DNA of 64,000 bases. Origin: a virus (taxonomy: Duplodnaviria; Caudoviricetes). The position numbers and the translations under genes were made by a program. Positions 62,291-64,000 of this stretch are shown piece after piece; position 1 is the stretch's first letter, and each line of letters starts with the position of its first letter. The stretch lies in the IMG/VR virus record IMGVR_UViG_3300006805_000023; one strand, 5' to 3'. The notes under the pieces are model-generated. The model ran no database searches, had not been told where the DNA came from, and saw only the letters and a list, made by a program, of their open reading frames with translations.

Positions 62291-62587
62291 TTACAGGACG
62301 TAAACGACGACCTCGTAGCTGCCAGAATCCAGGCGCTCGATGACGACATGCCCGTACTTGCTGGTCGCCTTGCCTTTGAGGCTCTGGAGCGGAAAGTGTG
62401 ACTCCTTCTTCTGACCGTAGTTGATGCCGCCGTACTGGTACTTCTCGTGCCAGTCCTCAGCGGGGACGGCCTTGTAGCCGACCAGCTCTTGATCGGCCAA
62501 CTCGATCGCCTTTCCAAGCGTCGGCTGGTTGCCGCGCAGACGCACGACGTTGATTGCCTGAGTGATCGGAGTGGTTACGGAGGTCAT
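62291..62587 (-). CDS. Hypothetical protein
   Basis: ATG 62587 overlapping the upstream stop. Confidence 0.6.
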   Translation of the reverse strand: MTSVTTPITQAINVVRLRGNQPTLGKAIELADQELVGYKAVPAEDWHEKYQYGGINYGQKKESHFPLQSLKGKATSKYGHVVIERLDSGSYEVVVYVL

Positions 62588-62790
62588 TTGGCTGTGGTGA
62601 TACGTAGGGAAGCAAGGAAACGGCACGCTGCGTAAGTCCAGCGTGCCAGAGCATCAAGGGAACGAGTCAGGAACGGACGCCCCGTGGTGTGCAGGAACGC
62701 CACGGCTGGGGCAGCGGACAGAGCCAGGAGGACGATGGTTGGGTCGTTCAAACGGAGCCCAGAGGAGGTGATTTCGAGAGCAGATCGCAT
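62584..62790 (-). CDS. Small hypothetical protein
   Basis: ATG 7 nt after minus-strand promoter; ATGA overlap with next gene. Confidence 0.45.
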   Translation of the reverse strand: MRSALEITSSGLRLNDPTIVLLALSAAPAVAFLHTTGRPFLTRSLDALARWTYAACRFLASLRITTAK

Positions 62791-62797
62791 AGTAGGC

Positions 62798-62826
62798 AAC
62801 ATAACCCTCAACAGTCACTTTGACAA
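62798..62826 (-). promoter_or_regulatory. Sigma70-like promoter, divergent
   Basis: TTGTCA-17-TATGTT on the minus strand. Confidence 0.55.
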
Positions 62827-62834
62827 GGTAGGAC

Positions 62835-62863
62835 TTGACAAACACTAGAGTGTGTGCTAAGTT
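62835..62863 (+). promoter_or_regulatory. Sigma70-like early promoter
   Basis: TTGACA-17-TAAGTT with TGn. Confidence 0.75.
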
Positions 62864-62874
62864 CCGCCCTGCTT

Positions 62875-63507
62875 ATGAAACTCGACCCTACCACATTCGC
62901 CCTCGTCTCCACCTACAGCCCTGACTACATCACCAGCGGTGAGTTCCAGGGCGACGACAACGACCTCGCCGTCGTGGTCAGCAACGCCTGCAACAAAATG
63001 GCCGACGCCGGTTACGCCGACCTCGCCTTCAAGACCTTTTTGGACTGCACGCCCCGCAACTGCCTGCCCCCGATTGAATTCGTTAGCAACATCAAGGTTG
63101 ACTACGATGAGCGCGCTGCAAAGCATGTGAACCCAGACATCGTGGACTTCTTGGTGAGCGGCGACATCTTCGGAACGACCGCCACCACTCCGGGTGCCGT
63201 CAGCTGGGTGGTGGAGAACAGCCATCCAGGAATCGTCAACCAAGAAGCCGATGAAGCTCGGATGGCTGCCGCTGCTGTGGTGCGCGCCTGGATGAAGGGC
63301 GAGATCATGCTGAGCCGCGACGGCGGCAAGGTGCGCGCCCTGCCGAACAACAGCCTGAACCGCGAGTCGGCCCTGCTGAGCAACTCCAAGGCCGTCACCT
63401 TCCTGATGCTGGTTCTCACACGCGACATTGAGCTCGATCAAGGCCGCGTCTCGCCAGCCCGCCACGAAGCTTATAAATCCCTGTTTAGCCTGATGAACGG
63501 CAAGTGA
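62875..63507 (+). CDS. Hypothetical early protein
   Basis: ATG 62875 after promoter. Confidence 0.65.
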   Translation: MKLDPTTFALVSTYSPDYITSGEFQGDDNDLAVVVSNACNKMADAGYADLAFKTFLDCTPRNCLPPIEFVSNIKVDYDERAAKHVNPDIVDFLVSGDIFGTTATTPGAVSWVVENSHPGIVNQEADEARMAAAAVVRAWMKGEIMLSRDGGKVRALPNNSLNRESALLSNSKAVTFLMLVLTRDIELDQGRVSPARHEAYKSLFSLMNGK

Positions 63508-63575
63508 AGGGTCGGTATTGACCAGAGGTTATTTCTAACTTTCTTTAACAACCTCACTCATCCCCTTTCCCACAC

Positions 63576-64000
63576 ATGTGCTACCACGACCGCTCCACCA
63601 CTCCTTCCACGCCACGACTCATCAAGAACATGGGGCATGACCTGGAGGGAGCGCGGGCTCTGGCACGCCTCCTCAACACGCCGGGTGAAGCTCTGGCACG
63701 CCATCGCGAGTGGCATGTTGTCTCGACGGGAGGCGGCCAATATCAGGTAGCAGCGGTTCCGATGGTGGAGCTGCTCGAAAAGATCCAACGCCGCACCACC
63801 CCGCTGTCGGACGACCACCAGCAGTTTCTGCTGGCCGTCATGTGGGTCGTGCAGCACTCAGACTCAGGGCTTTCTCCTAACAAAACTATGGCCAACTACA
63901 TCTTCCGCCTTCCTTCCAAAAGCGATGTCCAAAGTACCCTACCACTCCGCGAAGCCCTCAAGAAAACGCCGCAAGCGTGGCAACGCGTCGGGCGCTCACG
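63576..64000 (+). CDS. Hypothetical protein, truncated at window edge
   Basis: Manual translation from ATG 63576 (MCYHDRSTT...) open to the end. Confidence 0.5.
   Translation, partial: MCYHDRSTTPSTPRLIKNMGHDLEGARALARLLNTPGEALARHREWHVVSTGGGQYQVAAVPMVELLEKIQRRTTPLSDDHQQFLLAVMWVVQHSDSGLSPNKTMANYIFRLPSKSDVQSTLPLREALKKTPQAWQRVGRS

Noticed and set aside
1-64000. tRNA/rRNA genes, CRISPR arrays, integrase/transposase, stop-codon reassignment
   Set aside because: No cloverleaf or T-loop in intergenic DNA, no repeat-spacer arrays and no such motifs by eye; conserved genes end at TAA, TAG and TGA at expected lengths. A tRNAscan run was not possible.

Overview
This window is a 64 kb segment of a large, GC-rich, T4-like (Myoviridae-type) phage genome; no host genes, tRNAs, rRNAs or CRISPR arrays were recognised. 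Virion genes are scattered on both strands: terminase large subunit with a LAGLIDADG intein, gp5-like hub, tape-measure-like protein, tail fibre, gp23-like capsid, gp21 protease-scaffold fusion, gp19 tube, gp14-like neck and gp6-like wedge. They are interspersed with replication/recombination genes (5'-3' exonuclease, gp32-like SSB, RecA/UvsX, SbcC) and early hypothetical genes. The main candidate novel system is a dispersed purine-rewiring set: a divergent PurZ-type synthetase, a phage-encoded adenylosuccinate lyase, a coupled double-MazG plus adenosine-deaminase-like gene pair, a Nudix hydrolase and two dNMP kinases. This suggests a 2-aminoadenine (Z) or related modified genome. Other highlights: an HNH nuclease inserted in frame in ThyA without intein or intron signals; a dNMP kinase fused to an Erv1/ALR-like sulfhydryl oxidase; glycosyltransferases plus poly-Ser proteins; tandem GroES genes; and two promoter families (sigma70-like early, TAnnTAT putative late) placed so close to start codons that many mRNAs look leaderless. 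All protein calls come from motif recognition by eye; no database search was run.
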